Source: Anaerohalosphaeraceae bacterium (GTDB taxonomy: Bacteria; Planctomycetota; Phycisphaerae; Sedimentisphaerales; Anaerohalosphaeraceae). Taken from it: a stretch of 64,000 nucleotides of DNA. The stretch lies in NCBI GenBank assembly GCA_963675525.2, contig CAXXSL010000016.1, forward strand, positions 800,001-864,000, in the 5' to 3' direction. Positions 18,098-29,100 of the stretch are shown here, in pieces; the stretch's first letter is position 1, and every line of letters begins with the position of its first letter. Under the pieces are notes generated by a model. It saw only the letters and a program-made list of their open reading frames with translations, searched no databases and was not told where the DNA came from. The position numbers were made by a program, and so were the translations under genes.

Positions 18098-19549
18098 TTG
18101 AGAAGTGGTGTTTGTTTAATTTTCATCGTAATAGTCACTTTCAGTGCATCCGCTCTCGCCTATGACTGGCAAACCAATCCCGGAAACGGAACAGAGGCCG
18201 ATCCGTATCAAATCTCCGAACCCAATCACCTGATTGCCATCGGTGCCGATCCTAATCTGCTCGACAAATGTTTCATCCTGACCAATAACATTGTCTTCGA
18301 CCCAAACAACAATCCTGCGCATGTGTTTACAGCGGCAATCATCTCACCGGACACAACACCCGATGACTGGTACTATACAGGCACCGCGTTTACGGGTTCT
18401 TTCGACGGCGCCGGTTTTACCATTCAAAATGTCAAGATCGCCGTACCGTCAGGGACAGGCTATTATGTCGGTCTGTTTGGAACGATTGGCATGGACGCCG
18501 AAGTTCGTCATCTTGGCCTTGAATCAGTCAATATCACAGGGGCAGATCCTGTTGGCGGTTTGGCGGGAGTCAATGGCTGGGGTTATATTATTTCCTGTTA
18601 CACCACTGGAACGGTGCAGGGCACCGGGATGGGAGCCGGTGGATTGGTCGGTGACAATCGCGGCCTGATTTGGAATTGCCGTTCCTCATGTACGGTTGCT
18701 GGCGATGCTGTCATTGGCGGCTTGACAGGTTTTAATTCTGCTGAAATCTTAGCGTGTCAATCCACCGGAAAAATATCAGGCAGCCGTGATTTCATCGGCG
18801 GACTCACCGGCAAGAACGACGGTTCAATCTCCGGCTCCGTGGCTTCCGGCTCTGTTGCTAAAACAGGTGATGAATGGGGCGGCAACATTGGCGGCCTGGC
18901 GGGTAACAGTTTCGGTACGATTACGAACTGCTATGCAAGCGGTTCGGTCGCCGGGGGCGCTAATTCATCCATGGTTGGAGGATTTGCAGGGCAAAATAAC
19001 GGTTCAATTTCAGATTGCTATGCAACCGGCTCGGTTAGCGGGGAATATTCGGTTGGCGGATTACTCGGAATTAATGAAGGATCATTATCAACCTGTTTTT
19101 CAACAGGCTCGGTGAATGGAACCAGCGGATATGAAGTTGGCGGATTGATTGGAGCCAACCTGTCCTACGAGCCCGTTTTATCTTGTTATTATCTTGATAC
19201 ATCCGGGCCGGATAATGGATTCGGCACACCATTGGATGATCCGAATATGATGATACAGGCTAATTTTTCCGGCTGGGATTTTGTGGGCGAATCAACAAAC
19301 GGCGAAAACGAAATCTGGCGGATGTGTGTCGATGGCGTCGATTACCCCCGCCTGTCATGGCAGTTCGCCCAAAACGGCGACTTCGCCTGCGCCGATGGGG
19401 TAGACCTGGCCGACCTGCAATCACTGGCCGAACAATGGCTCACCGCCGCCGATACAACACCGACCACATTCAACCACGCCTGCGACGCCAACGGTAACGA
19501 GCAAATCGATCTGAACGATTTCGCCGTATTATCCGAAAACTGGCCGTAA
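18098..19549 (+). CDS. Secreted GLUG-repeat protein with a C-terminal dockerin/EF-hand-like module
   Basis: Signal peptide, repeated (V/I)GGL.G.N.G.I..CY..G.V units, DANGNEQIDLNDFAVLSENW tail; start chosen by similarity to MRSGICFF at 63813. Confidence 0.8.
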   Translation: MRSGVCLIFIVIVTFSASALAYDWQTNPGNGTEADPYQISEPNHLIAIGADPNLLDKCFILTNNIVFDPNNNPAHVFTAAIISPDTTPDDWYYTGTAFTGSFDGAGFTIQNVKIAVPSGTGYYVGLFGTIGMDAEVRHLGLESVNITGADPVGGLAGVNGWGYIISCYTTGTVQGTGMGAGGLVGDNRGLIWNCRSSCTVAGDAVIGGLTGFNSAEILACQSTGKISGSRDFIGGLTGKNDGSISGSVASGSVAKTGDEWGGNIGGLAGNSFGTITNCYASGSVAGGANSSMVGGFAGQNNGSISDCYATGSVSGEYSVGGLLGINEGSLSTCFSTGSVNGTSGYEVGGLIGANLSYEPVLSCYYLDTSGPDNGFGTPLDDPNMMIQANFSGWDFVGESTNGENEIWRMCVDGVDYPRLSWQFAQNGDFACADGVDLADLQSLAEQWLTAADTTPTTFNHACDANGNEQIDLNDFAVLSENWP

Positions 19550-19557
19550 TTTTTTTT

Positions 19558-20198
19558 ATGACAGACAAAAAACTTCCAATCGCGTCAGAATCGAAACCCG
19601 CAACGGCATCACTATCTACTCCGCCGGGGCTTGGCCGGGATGGTACGAAGTGGTTGCGCTGTCAATTGTCTTTCTGGTAATTTCAGGGGCATTTGCCTTT
19701 ACCGTCTGGGCCTTACACAGTTTTCAACAGGCTCTCTATGAAGATCCCGTAGGCCCGGCGTGGCTCAATCGGATTTTGTTGTTCGTTATCATGGGGACTT
19801 TTGATGTAACGTCTGTTGCGGGATTTATTTTCTTAATCCTGTGGATTCCCTATTTTCTGATTTACCAGCTCAGCCCCAAACAATTCTGGATCAATGACAA
19901 CACCCTTTTTCACACAGCTCGGCTGCTGGGTTTCATTCCGTACAAAAGAAAAATCACCTTCGAACAGATTTTAAACGTTGAAGCCGGCTCGTCAAACGGG
20001 CGTCATGCCGTTACCGTTCTTTACGAAAGAAACCTCCCGAAGTGGCTGTTTATCATCCTGGTCCACTGGAACGAAAAACTCACCCAGTGGCCGCTGACGC
20101 TGATCAATGGAATCCCCACAAAAGAAGAGGCCGAAAAATTGCAAACCGACCTACTCAAGCCCATGACGGCATCGCCGGTTTGCCGCGTTGGTTCTTAG
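19558..20198 (+). CDS. Hypothetical membrane protein (probable start ATG 19558 with a one-base indel near 19576)
   Basis: Two hydrophobic helices; the frame of ORF 19650-20198 stays open upstream to near the ATG. Confidence 0.6.
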
Positions 20199-20224
20199 TC
20201 TGATGGATTTTAGAACTGCAAAAA

Positions 20225-20254
20225 AAAGAGCAGGCTGTGAATCGCCTGCTCTTT
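20225..20254. terminator. Bidirectional terminator between convergent genes
   Basis: AAAGAGCAGGC/GCCTGCTCTTT. Confidence 0.8.
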
Positions 20255-20282
20255 AATATCTTAAAGTTCTAACAAATGTTGC

Positions 20283-20822
20283 TTACTTCACCAGATTTTT
20301 CTTGCGGAGCCATCGAACGACGCCCATTCCCAAGAGGCCCAGACTAACGGCACCCGGAGCAGGAACAGCAACAGCTGTGATCTCTAAAGTCGAAGTCTCG
20401 ATCTCAACGCCCCAGCTCGATTCAATCATTACCTGTACCGGAATCGCGCCACTAATCCATAAAGGATCCAGATTAAAAGTCGTTGATGTCACAGGTTGGC
20501 TTGCATTACCCGGACCGGGATCGTAATTATAGTTAGTGTAGTAACCGATGTCATTCAGCAGTCCTAAGTTGTGCCAAACGCCGCCGCCGTCTTGCAGCCA
20601 AACCACATCATCTTCGTCATCGTCTACATCATCAGCAACGATGGTGAGGGTTGCAGTGTCAATTGGGCTGGCTGAAAAATCGTATGTGTGTGCCCAATTA
20701 ATCGTTCCACCAATCGAATATTGATAAACATCGACGGTTTCACTGAAGGTCGCTGCGGCCTGTGAAACATTTATGGCTAGGCACACTGTCACCATAAATG
20801 CGCATAAAAGAATTTTTTTCAT
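20283..20822 (-). CDS. PEP-CTERM-type surface protein (VPAP variant)
   Basis: Signal peptide; C-terminal VPAPGAVSLGLLGMGVVRWLRKK. Confidence 0.85.
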   Translation of the reverse strand: MKKILLCAFMVTVCLAINVSQAAATFSETVDVYQYSIGGTINWAHTYDFSASPIDTATLTIVADDVDDDEDDVVWLQDGGGVWHNLGLLNDIGYYTNYNYDPGPGNASQPVTSTTFNLDPLWISGAIPVQVMIESSWGVEIETSTLEITAVAVPAPGAVSLGLLGMGVVRWLRKKNLVK

Positions 20823-20962
20823 GGTTTTCTCCCTTTCCTAAAATTATGGTTTTCTCGCTCTCCGAATTACAGGACGATTACAATGTCATAGGCAACACAC
20901 CTTCGACTGCAAGGCCAAATACATCCTCACAAAACGTCCCATAATTAACATTTCAGTGTTCA

Positions 20963-20991
20963 ATTTTATTACTCTGTTCCTGCCAAGTCAA
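20963..20991 (-). promoter_or_regulatory. Sigma70 promoter for the PEP-CTERM gene
   Basis: TTGACT-17 nt-TAAAAT on the minus strand. Confidence 0.55.
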
Positions 20992-21151
20992 TAAAATTCT
21001 TATTTTATTCTATTTCGACCCTCAAGAGACATTGAGTGTCTTGATTTTGTGCCCGCTTTATTCCCCATTAGTGGTCTTTTGTTAGGTTTTTAGTCGTAAT
21101 GGGCCCACTGGGTCTTTTTTTGAGTGATTATTATGCAAAAGATCTCGCCTC

Positions 21152-21691
21152 TTAATTCTTTTTTAGCTTTCGCCACAATAGAAATGTGTAAAAAACTGCC
21201 GTCAAACCCCAGAAAATCAGGCAGGCAACTTCAACTTGATGCTGGACATTGAAATAGCCAGATGGGCCATGCGACCGAATCCAACGAATGACAGGATTTT
21301 TAAGATATGGCCAGAAGATCTGCACATCGTCATGATAACAACTGTCAATGAACACATGCAGCCACGCCCCCAGCAGGCCCGCCAGGACCATCGACAAAAG
21401 TGTGGCCTTGCCGGGCAGGCCAATCAATGCAATGCTTCTTTCACTGCACCAGCGAAGCGGCTTAAGGTAGTAAACAATTGCCCCGAAAATCGCCCCGGCC
21501 AAACCGCCGATCAGCAGTGTATGGAAATGCCACACCTGATGCACGGGCCAGCCCGGCTGAATGTACCCGTCCGCCAGCACTTCAATATCAACCAGCGCAT
21601 TGGCCGCAACAAATACTGGTACATCCAACCAGCGGCGAAATAACAAGCCGACAAATCCACTCGGCCCAAAATGATACGGCGTAAACGGCAT
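21152..21691 (-). CDS. Membrane-bound metal-dependent hydrolase-like protein
   Basis: MPFTPYH, D.E, HFHT, HVFIDS and FWP motifs with several TM helices. Confidence 0.7.
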   Translation of the reverse strand: MPFTPYHFGPSGFVGLLFRRWLDVPVFVAANALVDIEVLADGYIQPGWPVHQVWHFHTLLIGGLAGAIFGAIVYYLKPLRWCSERSIALIGLPGKATLLSMVLAGLLGAWLHVFIDSCYHDDVQIFWPYLKNPVIRWIRSHGPSGYFNVQHQVEVACLIFWGLTAVFYTFLLWRKLKKN

Positions 21692-21897
21692 AGTTTTATG
21701 ACTTATTTATTATGCATTATACTCTGTATAATGTACAACGTACAATGTAACGCACCAACTAAAAAACATCCATTGATATTATAACCACTTTTAATATAAC
21801 CAGTTACGGCTATTTATTTTGAATCACCATGAAATATTTTATTTTATTTTATAATACATTGTTATACAATATTAGTAGACCCAAAATGTGCATATTT

Positions 21898-23514
21898 CTA
21901 GCTCTTGGGGTAATATTTTGTTGATCCTGTTTTTCCTTCTGAATATATTAAATTGTCTTCCGTCATGCCTTTAATTAAGTGTTGAATTTGTCTGGTATTT
22001 AAAGAAGGGAGAACTTGTTTAAATTCCTTCAATCGACTGCCGGTATCGGAATTTTCTTGAATATGCTTCAAGAGTAATTGCCGGTTTGTTTCACGGTCCA
22101 ATCCCTTCCTTCGAGTGTATGTTCCCTTTTCCCCTGAAATCACATAGAATTTTTTAGACAGGATAAATTTATTCCGACCAACCTGTTCAATTAAATTCTC
22201 CTGCATTAAACCCCTTAAAACTTCCCGTAAATGTGAAACAATTTTTTTACTTTTATGAACTGCATCCAACACTAATAATTCACGTGTATTAAATGATTTA
22301 TTTCGTTCGGACCCCGTCCTTTCCAGAAATTTCAGGAAATTTTCATCAACCACACGACCATCTAATCTCAAGACAACCTGATGCGAATCCGCCAAAGAGT
22401 AATCCGGCAATATTTTTCCCTGTTCAATCGCTTCTTCAAACATTCGATCAGCGCCCTGGCCTGAACGTTCAACCAAACCACATTTTGCAAACGTCTCAGC
22501 AATTCTTCGATTACGGGGCATTTGTTTATCGAGAATATTCTCCGGTGTAATTCCGTCTGGGAACCCGCCGGGGCTTGTTATTTCAATCTTTTCAGGGAAT
22601 TGCCGGATAAATACAGAACCGGGATTCTGATAGTCACGATGGCTAACCGCATTTAGAATCGCTTCTCGAATTGACCGTTGACTGAAAGTAGGAATATTTT
22701 GTATAAACAACCCATCCTGAAAATGCTGCATATCATTTCTTAGATTGACCAACTCCCACAATTTATCATAATAACCAAAGAAGCCCTCCCGGAATTCTTC
22801 CCTTTGGTTCGCGGGCCCGGCGATTTCCTTTGAACGATATTCAAAAATAACTTCCGCGTGAGCAAAATGGAGCCGTCCCAGTGAACGTTTCTTGCCAAAG
22901 AGAACCAATGCAGCATAGGTAACCTCCTCACCATCAATTAACTCCACATCATGCAGTAATTGGCGATGAGACAATTGCCCCAATTTTTCATTTCCCGATT
23001 TTCGTATCCAGCGTTTACGATACTCTTCAATGGCATCTTCGGAAAGATCCTCTATCACCGCTCCCGCGCAAACCTGAGCCGAAAAGTCAGGGACAACTTC
23101 ATCGAAGATTCGCTTCAGCATATCTTCGGTCATTGCCACTAATTCTTCGCCTCTCCTCATCCAGTAAGTCTTATTGTAGCGAATCGGCACACCAATAGGA
23201 CGGGGGGGAACATGAAACACCAAAATCCGCTTTCCATCAGAAGATAATTCTTCGATATCAATTCGTAAACGGAGTGTTGTGATGAGAATTTGCTTGATTT
23301 TGTTTAAATTTAAGAATGCCCTCGTACCAATAATCTGCCTTGGCTTTTTATCTGTAACACCAAGAATCAATTTCCCGCCTTTTTCATTGGCCAATGCACA
23401 ACAATATTTCAAAAGCCGGTCGTTACTGAATTCATCCTTAGCCGTTTTAAATTCGAGATGCTCACACTCATCCGATTCGATAAGCCTTAGCAATTGATCA
23501 ACTGTTATCGACAT
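21898..23514 (-). CDS. Schlafen/AlbA_2 domain + HATPase_c_4 (RecG-C-like) + wHTH protein
   Basis: ECEHLEFK..CALANEKGGKLILGVTD, REAILNAVSHRDY, SPGG, PRNRRIA, ERSGQG; AT-rich. Confidence 0.85.
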   Translation of the reverse strand: MSITVDQLLRLIESDECEHLEFKTAKDEFSNDRLLKYCCALANEKGGKLILGVTDKKPRQIIGTRAFLNLNKIKQILITTLRLRIDIEELSSDGKRILVFHVPPRPIGVPIRYNKTYWMRRGEELVAMTEDMLKRIFDEVVPDFSAQVCAGAVIEDLSEDAIEEYRKRWIRKSGNEKLGQLSHRQLLHDVELIDGEEVTYAALVLFGKKRSLGRLHFAHAEVIFEYRSKEIAGPANQREEFREGFFGYYDKLWELVNLRNDMQHFQDGLFIQNIPTFSQRSIREAILNAVSHRDYQNPGSVFIRQFPEKIEITSPGGFPDGITPENILDKQMPRNRRIAETFAKCGLVERSGQGADRMFEEAIEQGKILPDYSLADSHQVVLRLDGRVVDENFLKFLERTGSERNKSFNTRELLVLDAVHKSKKIVSHLREVLRGLMQENLIEQVGRNKFILSKKFYVISGEKGTYTRRKGLDRETNRQLLLKHIQENSDTGSRLKEFKQVLPSLNTRQIQHLIKGMTEDNLIYSEGKTGSTKYYPKS

Positions 23515-23535
23515 GTCGTTGATTCCTTTGTCGTC

Positions 23536-24510
23536 TTAAGCCCCCAGGTAGGCATCTTTCATCAAATAATTCTGCACATAGTCGGTGATGGCATCTTCGA
23601 GAGGGATGGTGTCTTTGGTATAGCCGGCATTTTGGATCTTTGAAATATCCGCCTGGGTGAAGTACTGGTACTTGCCCTGCAAATGTTCGGGCATCGGGAT
23701 GTATTCGATATTCGGTTCGCGGCCCACCGCCGTAAAGGTTGCCTTTGCCAGATCGTTCCAGTTTCGCGCCTTGCCGGTACCGACATTATAGAGGCCACTC
23801 AACTCGGGCCGGTCCAGAAAGAACAGCGTCATATCCACTGCATCCCGGATATAGATAAAATCGCGAAGCTGTTCGCCGTCACCAAAATCTGGTCGGTGCG
23901 ACTTGAACAGCTTGACCTGTCCGGTCGCATTGATCTGCTCGAACGCCTTGATGACGAAGCTTCGCATATCAGCCTTATGATATTCGTTCGGGCCGAATAC
24001 ATTGAAATATTTCAGCCCTACGAATTTATTCAGCAGCCCCTGCCGCTTGCACCACAGGTCAAACATTTGCTTGCTGTGGCCGTACATATTCAGCGACCGC
24101 AGTGTTTCAATCGCCGCCTCGTCATCAGCAAATCCCTGTGCCCCGTCACCGTAGGTCGCCGCACTGGAGGCATAAATAAACCGCGCGCCCATTTCCATCG
24201 CCCAACCGGCCAGCAGTTTGGAAAATTCATAATTGTTCTTGGCCAGGTACGAGCAGTCCCGCTCGGTCGTATCCGAACAGGCCCCCATGTGGATGATTGC
24301 CTCCAACTCCATCTCAACATCCGAGCCCGAAACCATCTCCGAAAAGTCATCCGCTTCCATATAGTCGGCATATGTCAGATTCCGCAGGTTTTTCCACCGC
24401 TCATCCTTGCCCAGAATATCAACAATGAGAATATCCTCGATTCCTCTTGTGTTCAGTTCTGTCACGATAGCCGAACCAATAAAGCCCGCTCCGCCGGTTA
24501 CCAGAATCAT
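23536..24510 (-). CDS. rfaD: ADP-L-glycero-D-manno-heptose 6-epimerase
   Basis: VTGGAGFIGS, YASSAATYG, YGHSK, YFNVFGPNEYHK, GKYQYFTQAD. Confidence 0.95.
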   Translation of the reverse strand: MILVTGGAGFIGSAIVTELNTRGIEDILIVDILGKDERWKNLRNLTYADYMEADDFSEMVSGSDVEMELEAIIHMGACSDTTERDCSYLAKNNYEFSKLLAGWAMEMGARFIYASSAATYGDGAQGFADDEAAIETLRSLNMYGHSKQMFDLWCKRQGLLNKFVGLKYFNVFGPNEYHKADMRSFVIKAFEQINATGQVKLFKSHRPDFGDGEQLRDFIYIRDAVDMTLFFLDRPELSGLYNVGTGKARNWNDLAKATFTAVGREPNIEYIPMPEHLQGKYQYFTQADISKIQNAGYTKDTIPLEDAITDYVQNYLMKDAYLGA

Positions 24511-24767
24511 GCGGTATCCTTCCGAAATATAATGATAAAAAGTCGTCCGTTTTTACACCTAATGTCTCACACCCTCGTAAAAAGTATCCTGAAGGTGCTA
24601 AAATGTCAAAAGCTATTTTAAGATTGCCCGTTGTCTGGCCGTACAATGCACAGTTATCGGAGCCCTCGGTAGATTACGCAAAATGATTATCGCTACCCTT
24701 TATATCGGTTAAGTTACCTATTTCAGGTGCCGATATTTTGGTGTAAAGGCCAATCGGTCAGGCGCAT

Positions 24768-25091
24768 ATGACCTGTGTTGAAAATGCCTTTTTACTTGTT
24801 CAATTTTGGATATTGATGAATCTGAAGACAGAAAAAACGAACGCACTTAATCGTTGGGTAAAGGCTCTCATGAAATGGCTGCGAAACAGACCAACCTGGC
24901 AGTTCACGGTGATATTGTTTTCTGTTTTTGTCTGCGAATCAATCGTGATGGTTGCACTGCACTTCTGGCAGCTTGACACCCGCTTGGTAATTGCGGTTGA
25001 TTCGGTCATGCTGAGTTTTCTAATTTTTCCTATTCTGTCAGCGCTTCTGCTGCGTCCACAACCTTTAATATTCTATTACAAGGAGATATGA
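24768..25091 (+). CDS. Small two-TM protein resembling a sensor-kinase N-terminus
   Basis: Two hydrophobic segments; ATGA overlap with the receiver gene. Confidence 0.45.
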   Translation: MTCVENAFLLVQFWILMNLKTEKTNALNRWVKALMKWLRNRPTWQFTVILFSVFVCESIVMVALHFWQLDTRLVIAVDSVMLSFLIFPILSALLLRPQPLIFYYKEI

Positions 25092-25609
25092 TGGGTATCC
25101 CACAAAATAAACCACAGACTCAACGCAAGATGTACAGCGCTAAAGTTCTTATCGCCGAAGACAATCCAGCCAATCAGATGCTGATCAAAACCCTGCTCAA
25201 CAAGCATGGCATTGAGGTAACCTTGGTTGATGATGGCCAAAAGGCGATTGAAGCCATTCAAGATCAGGACTTTGATATGGTCTTTATGGACATGCAGATG
25301 CCGGTCATGAACGGCTATGAAGCAACGCAAGCCCTTCGGCAGGATGGATACAAAACACCGATCATCGCACTGACGGCGAATGCCATGAGCGGCGACCGCG
25401 ATAAATGCCTTGAGGTCGGCTGTAATGATTATCTGTCCAAGCCGATCGACCAGCAGAAACTGCGGGACCTGCTTGAGGAATCGTTGGGATCCAACGACGT
25501 CGAAAAACAGGTTAACCAGCTTCATGAACAAACACAGGGATTGAGCCGACTGGTGGACGAAACCACACCCACCGAACCACAATCAATTTTGAAAGAAGAC
25601 CAGCCATAA
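25088..25609 (+). CDS. Stand-alone response regulator receiver
   Basis: LIAEDN, FMDMQMPVMNG, IALTANA, YLSKP. Confidence 0.9.
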   Translation: MMGIPQNKPQTQRKMYSAKVLIAEDNPANQMLIKTLLNKHGIEVTLVDDGQKAIEAIQDQDFDMVFMDMQMPVMNGYEATQALRQDGYKTPIIALTANAMSGDRDKCLEVGCNDYLSKPIDQQKLRDLLEESLGSNDVEKQVNQLHEQTQGLSRLVDETTPTEPQSILKEDQP

Positions 25610-25641
25610 GCTGAGTGTATATCTTAAACACGCGCGCAAAC

Positions 25642-25674
25642 AAAAACGCCGGTGTCCGTATCACCGGCGTTTTT
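25642..25674. terminator. Bidirectional terminator
   Basis: AAAAACGCCGGTG/CACCGGCGTTTTT. Confidence 0.8.
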
Positions 25675-25714
25675 AGTACAACTTGGATGGTGTCTTATGT
25701 TAATTCGTTAAAGG

Positions 25715-25810
25715 TCAGCAAAGAGCGATGTAGCAGCCAATCGCTAAAATCAAAATTTTCTTCTTGGTTGTGATAAACGGAATCCAGAACCGGTAATAAT
25801 ATTTTTTCAT
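25715..25810 (-). CDS. Putative 31-aa small membrane peptide
   Basis: GGAG RBS, MKKYYYRFWIPFITTKKKILILAIGCYIALC, followed by a terminator. Confidence 0.45.
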   Translation of the reverse strand: MKKYYYRFWIPFITTKKKILILAIGCYIALC

Positions 25811-26107
25811 CGTGTTCTCCCATGAAACTTTTTTAACCCCCCATGACCGAAGCCATGACATTCATCACAAGCGTATTATACCGCAGGGGGGAAAACAACT
25901 CAAACAATTCCAGGCGGATAAATCTTAAGTTGTTTATTAACAGGTGTTTATGTTCAAAAAAACGGAGAGATTTTTGCCCGCCAAATCGCCCTAAAAACCA
26001 CGTTATTTTACAGTTTCTTCACACTCTCTGCATGTTCCCATAATATCAATCTTTTTGGGGTCCTTGGGCGGATATTCTTATGCCGCTAAGACTTGTCATA
26101 AGTGAAT

Positions 26108-26141
26108 AAAAAAAGCCCGGCAATAATCTGTGGGCTTTTTT
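26108..26141 (-). terminator. Terminator after the large GLUG gene
   Basis: AAAAAAGCCC...GGGCTTTTTT. Confidence 0.65.
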
Positions 26142-26167
26142 GTAAATTTTTGTCTTTTTCAAATGAT

Positions 26168-29100
26168 TTAGTTCATCGTCAACCAATTGTCTGCCAAGAT
26201 CAGTAAATCATCCAGACCAATCTGGTCATCAAGGTTGCCGTCGCAGGCGGTGTTGAATGTGTCGGGCCGGGTCTGGACATCGGTCAGCCAGTTGGCGGCT
26301 AAGGCACTAAAATCGACCAGATTCACCCCCGCCGGACAGGCATAATCACCGCCGCCGGAAAACTCCCAACTGAGCTGTGGATGGTCGACACCATCGACAC
26401 ACATCCGCCAGATTTCGTTTTCGCCGTTTGTTGATTCGCCGACAAAATCCCAGCCGACAAAGCTGGCCCGCTGTTTCATTTGTGCAGGATCAATTTGTGT
26501 GCCAACCGGATTTTCGCCGGCTGCGCTGGAATAATAACAAGCCTCCACATCCCCGCCGGAACTCCATCCCGCTATGCCACCAATAATAAACGGGGTGTAT
26601 GCAGGAATGGGATTGTCCGTATCAATTGAACCGGCCGCATGACACCTAACAACTAATCCGTTGTTGGCACCGGCAATACCGCCGAGATACTTCATTGCAA
26701 AGCCCTGCAAAGCGTCGCCAATGACAGATGTATTCGTATAACAGTCTTCAATTTGCGCAGTACCAAAGGTGCGGCGAAAACCGTTGGAACCGACCAGCCC
26801 ACCAACATTCCCCTCAGCTCTAACACAGCCGGTTACAAATGATCGTCGAATCGTTCCGTTATTCTCACCAGCCAAGCCACCAACGGTACACATGCCGTCA
26901 ATGTTGACATTCTCAACAGCGAGATTCTCGACCACGCCGCCGGTATCAACACAGCCGAATAGTCCTAAGCCGCTGAAAAACTTGCCGTGATAGGGGACCA
27001 GATGCTCTATGCCGTCTATCGATAAACCGTTAATACTATGCCCCTTGCCATTGAAATTCCCGGCGAAATATCCGATCACCGATTCAGACAATGTCTGCCC
27101 TGATAAATCAATATCATTACTGAGCATAAAATATTTATCACAATCACTTAAATGTTTTCCTAAGGTAAATAAGTGTTCGGCATCGGTCAACACATAAGGC
27201 GATTCAGCCGTTCCGTCGCCGCCCCCATACGTTCGGGAGGCATCGACAATCGGAATATATTCCGGACATTCATCCGGCCAGCAGTCAGGCGGGATTGGAT
27301 TTTCAGGCGTCCACACCCAGTCGGTATTTTCCCATGATAGACGCGGCAAGTCAAAATCTTCAGCGATCTTCCAGATGTTGTCGCCCCAGCCGACGAAGCT
27401 GTCGGCATCCTGCATCTGTGCGGTCGTCAGAGGTTTACCGCCCAGCATAAAATTCGGATCCGTCAAGTCAACGTTCCAATACGAATTCCACACCAGGCCT
27501 TCATTCAATCCGCCAACACCTGAATAGATGAAATCGCCGAGATATATCGCTTCTACGGAAGAGTAACTGTTCATCACACGTCCCCAGCTTCCGGCGTATA
27601 ATCCACCGCCAACGATTTCTTCGTACTGTACATCCGTTTGAAGCGTCAGGTCGCCTTCTGCATAACAACTACGAATGGTACCGCCGTTAAAACCGGTCAA
27701 AATACCCCCGTAAGTTGGACAGGTAACAGAACCTTTAGCGTAACATTCTTCAAGTATGCCGAAATTGGTTCCAACAAGCAGCCCGGGATACCGCGCTTGA
27801 TAATTTACTTCGCCTTCAATGCCAAGCTGTTTAACCTGTGCATCGTGTCCGAGCATACCGAAGAAGCCCATCGACTGCAAATCTTGATTGTTTTCCATGA
27901 ATAAATTCCTAATGACATGACCGCCGCCGTCCAGAGTCCCATTGAAGTACGGAATCACCGCCTCATCAAAAACAGAGGCTCCAGCCATGACCATATCCAC
28001 ATCTTCGGTCATCACAAAATGCTTGTCCCAGTCGGCCGGATAGTCGGCCAATTCGAAACTGAACAGGTATGGATGTTCTTCGCTGCCGTCGCGTGTCGGA
28101 TCCTGTCGATAAAACGGAACGCCGTGGTACAGGTTCTCTAAGGTGACCGGCGTGCCCCATCGCTGCCACTTTAACGATGGATGAGAATAATCCGGGTAAT
28201 CAGGATCGACTGTCCAGATATGCCCATCTTCTTCGTACCATGAATTGCCCTCCCATGCTTGCAAGTCTTGAACATTGCCATAATAACTGTGTGCAACAAC
28301 ACCTCCCGGAGAGCCTACCAGTGTGTCAGGACTGCCTGTTGCATAGCAACACACGATCAGACCCAAATCATTGAAACCTGCCAATGCCCCTGCAATAATG
28401 CCGGAAACGGAACAATTTGAATAACTGTCTTTGATCTTGCCATAATTCCGAGCGGCTAATCCCCCGTTATAGTTGTTCCCGCCAATCGCTCCGTTCACAT
28501 AGGATTCACGGATAGATCCGAACATCGAATTTTCAGAAACCAGACCGCCGGCATAAAGGAAACCTGTCACAACACAATCTGCTGAACAACGATAGATATC
28601 GCCATCATTAACAGCAACCAGTCCCCCCAGATTATCGCCACCTTCAACAGTTCCTTCAACGTGACAGTCAATAATTTGCCCAAGATTGAGCGTAGCCAAT
28701 ATGCCGCCGTCTCCATCCGCCATGGAAGCATCATTGATGTATAGATTTTTTACGTATCCATTCCTGTCAATGACATCGAACAACCCTAACACACCTGTCG
28801 AAGCCGCATCAACGGTTAATCCATCAATCGTACAGCCGCTACCGTCAAAAACGCCGTTGAATGTTCCAACAGGTGCGGATGTAAAGACCGTATCCGACAG
28901 GTCAATATTGGCGATTAGTTTAATATGCTTATCCCACATCGTCGAATCATTGAAAAAGTCCAGCAGGTGCTGTTTAGTATAAATGATGTATGGATTTTCC
29001 GGACTGCCCTCACCGCCGTCGATGGGCTTCATTATCAATGAGGGATAGCCGTTGTTAATATTCGGATCGATCTGCCAGAAGTCTTCGGCGCCATTGACCG

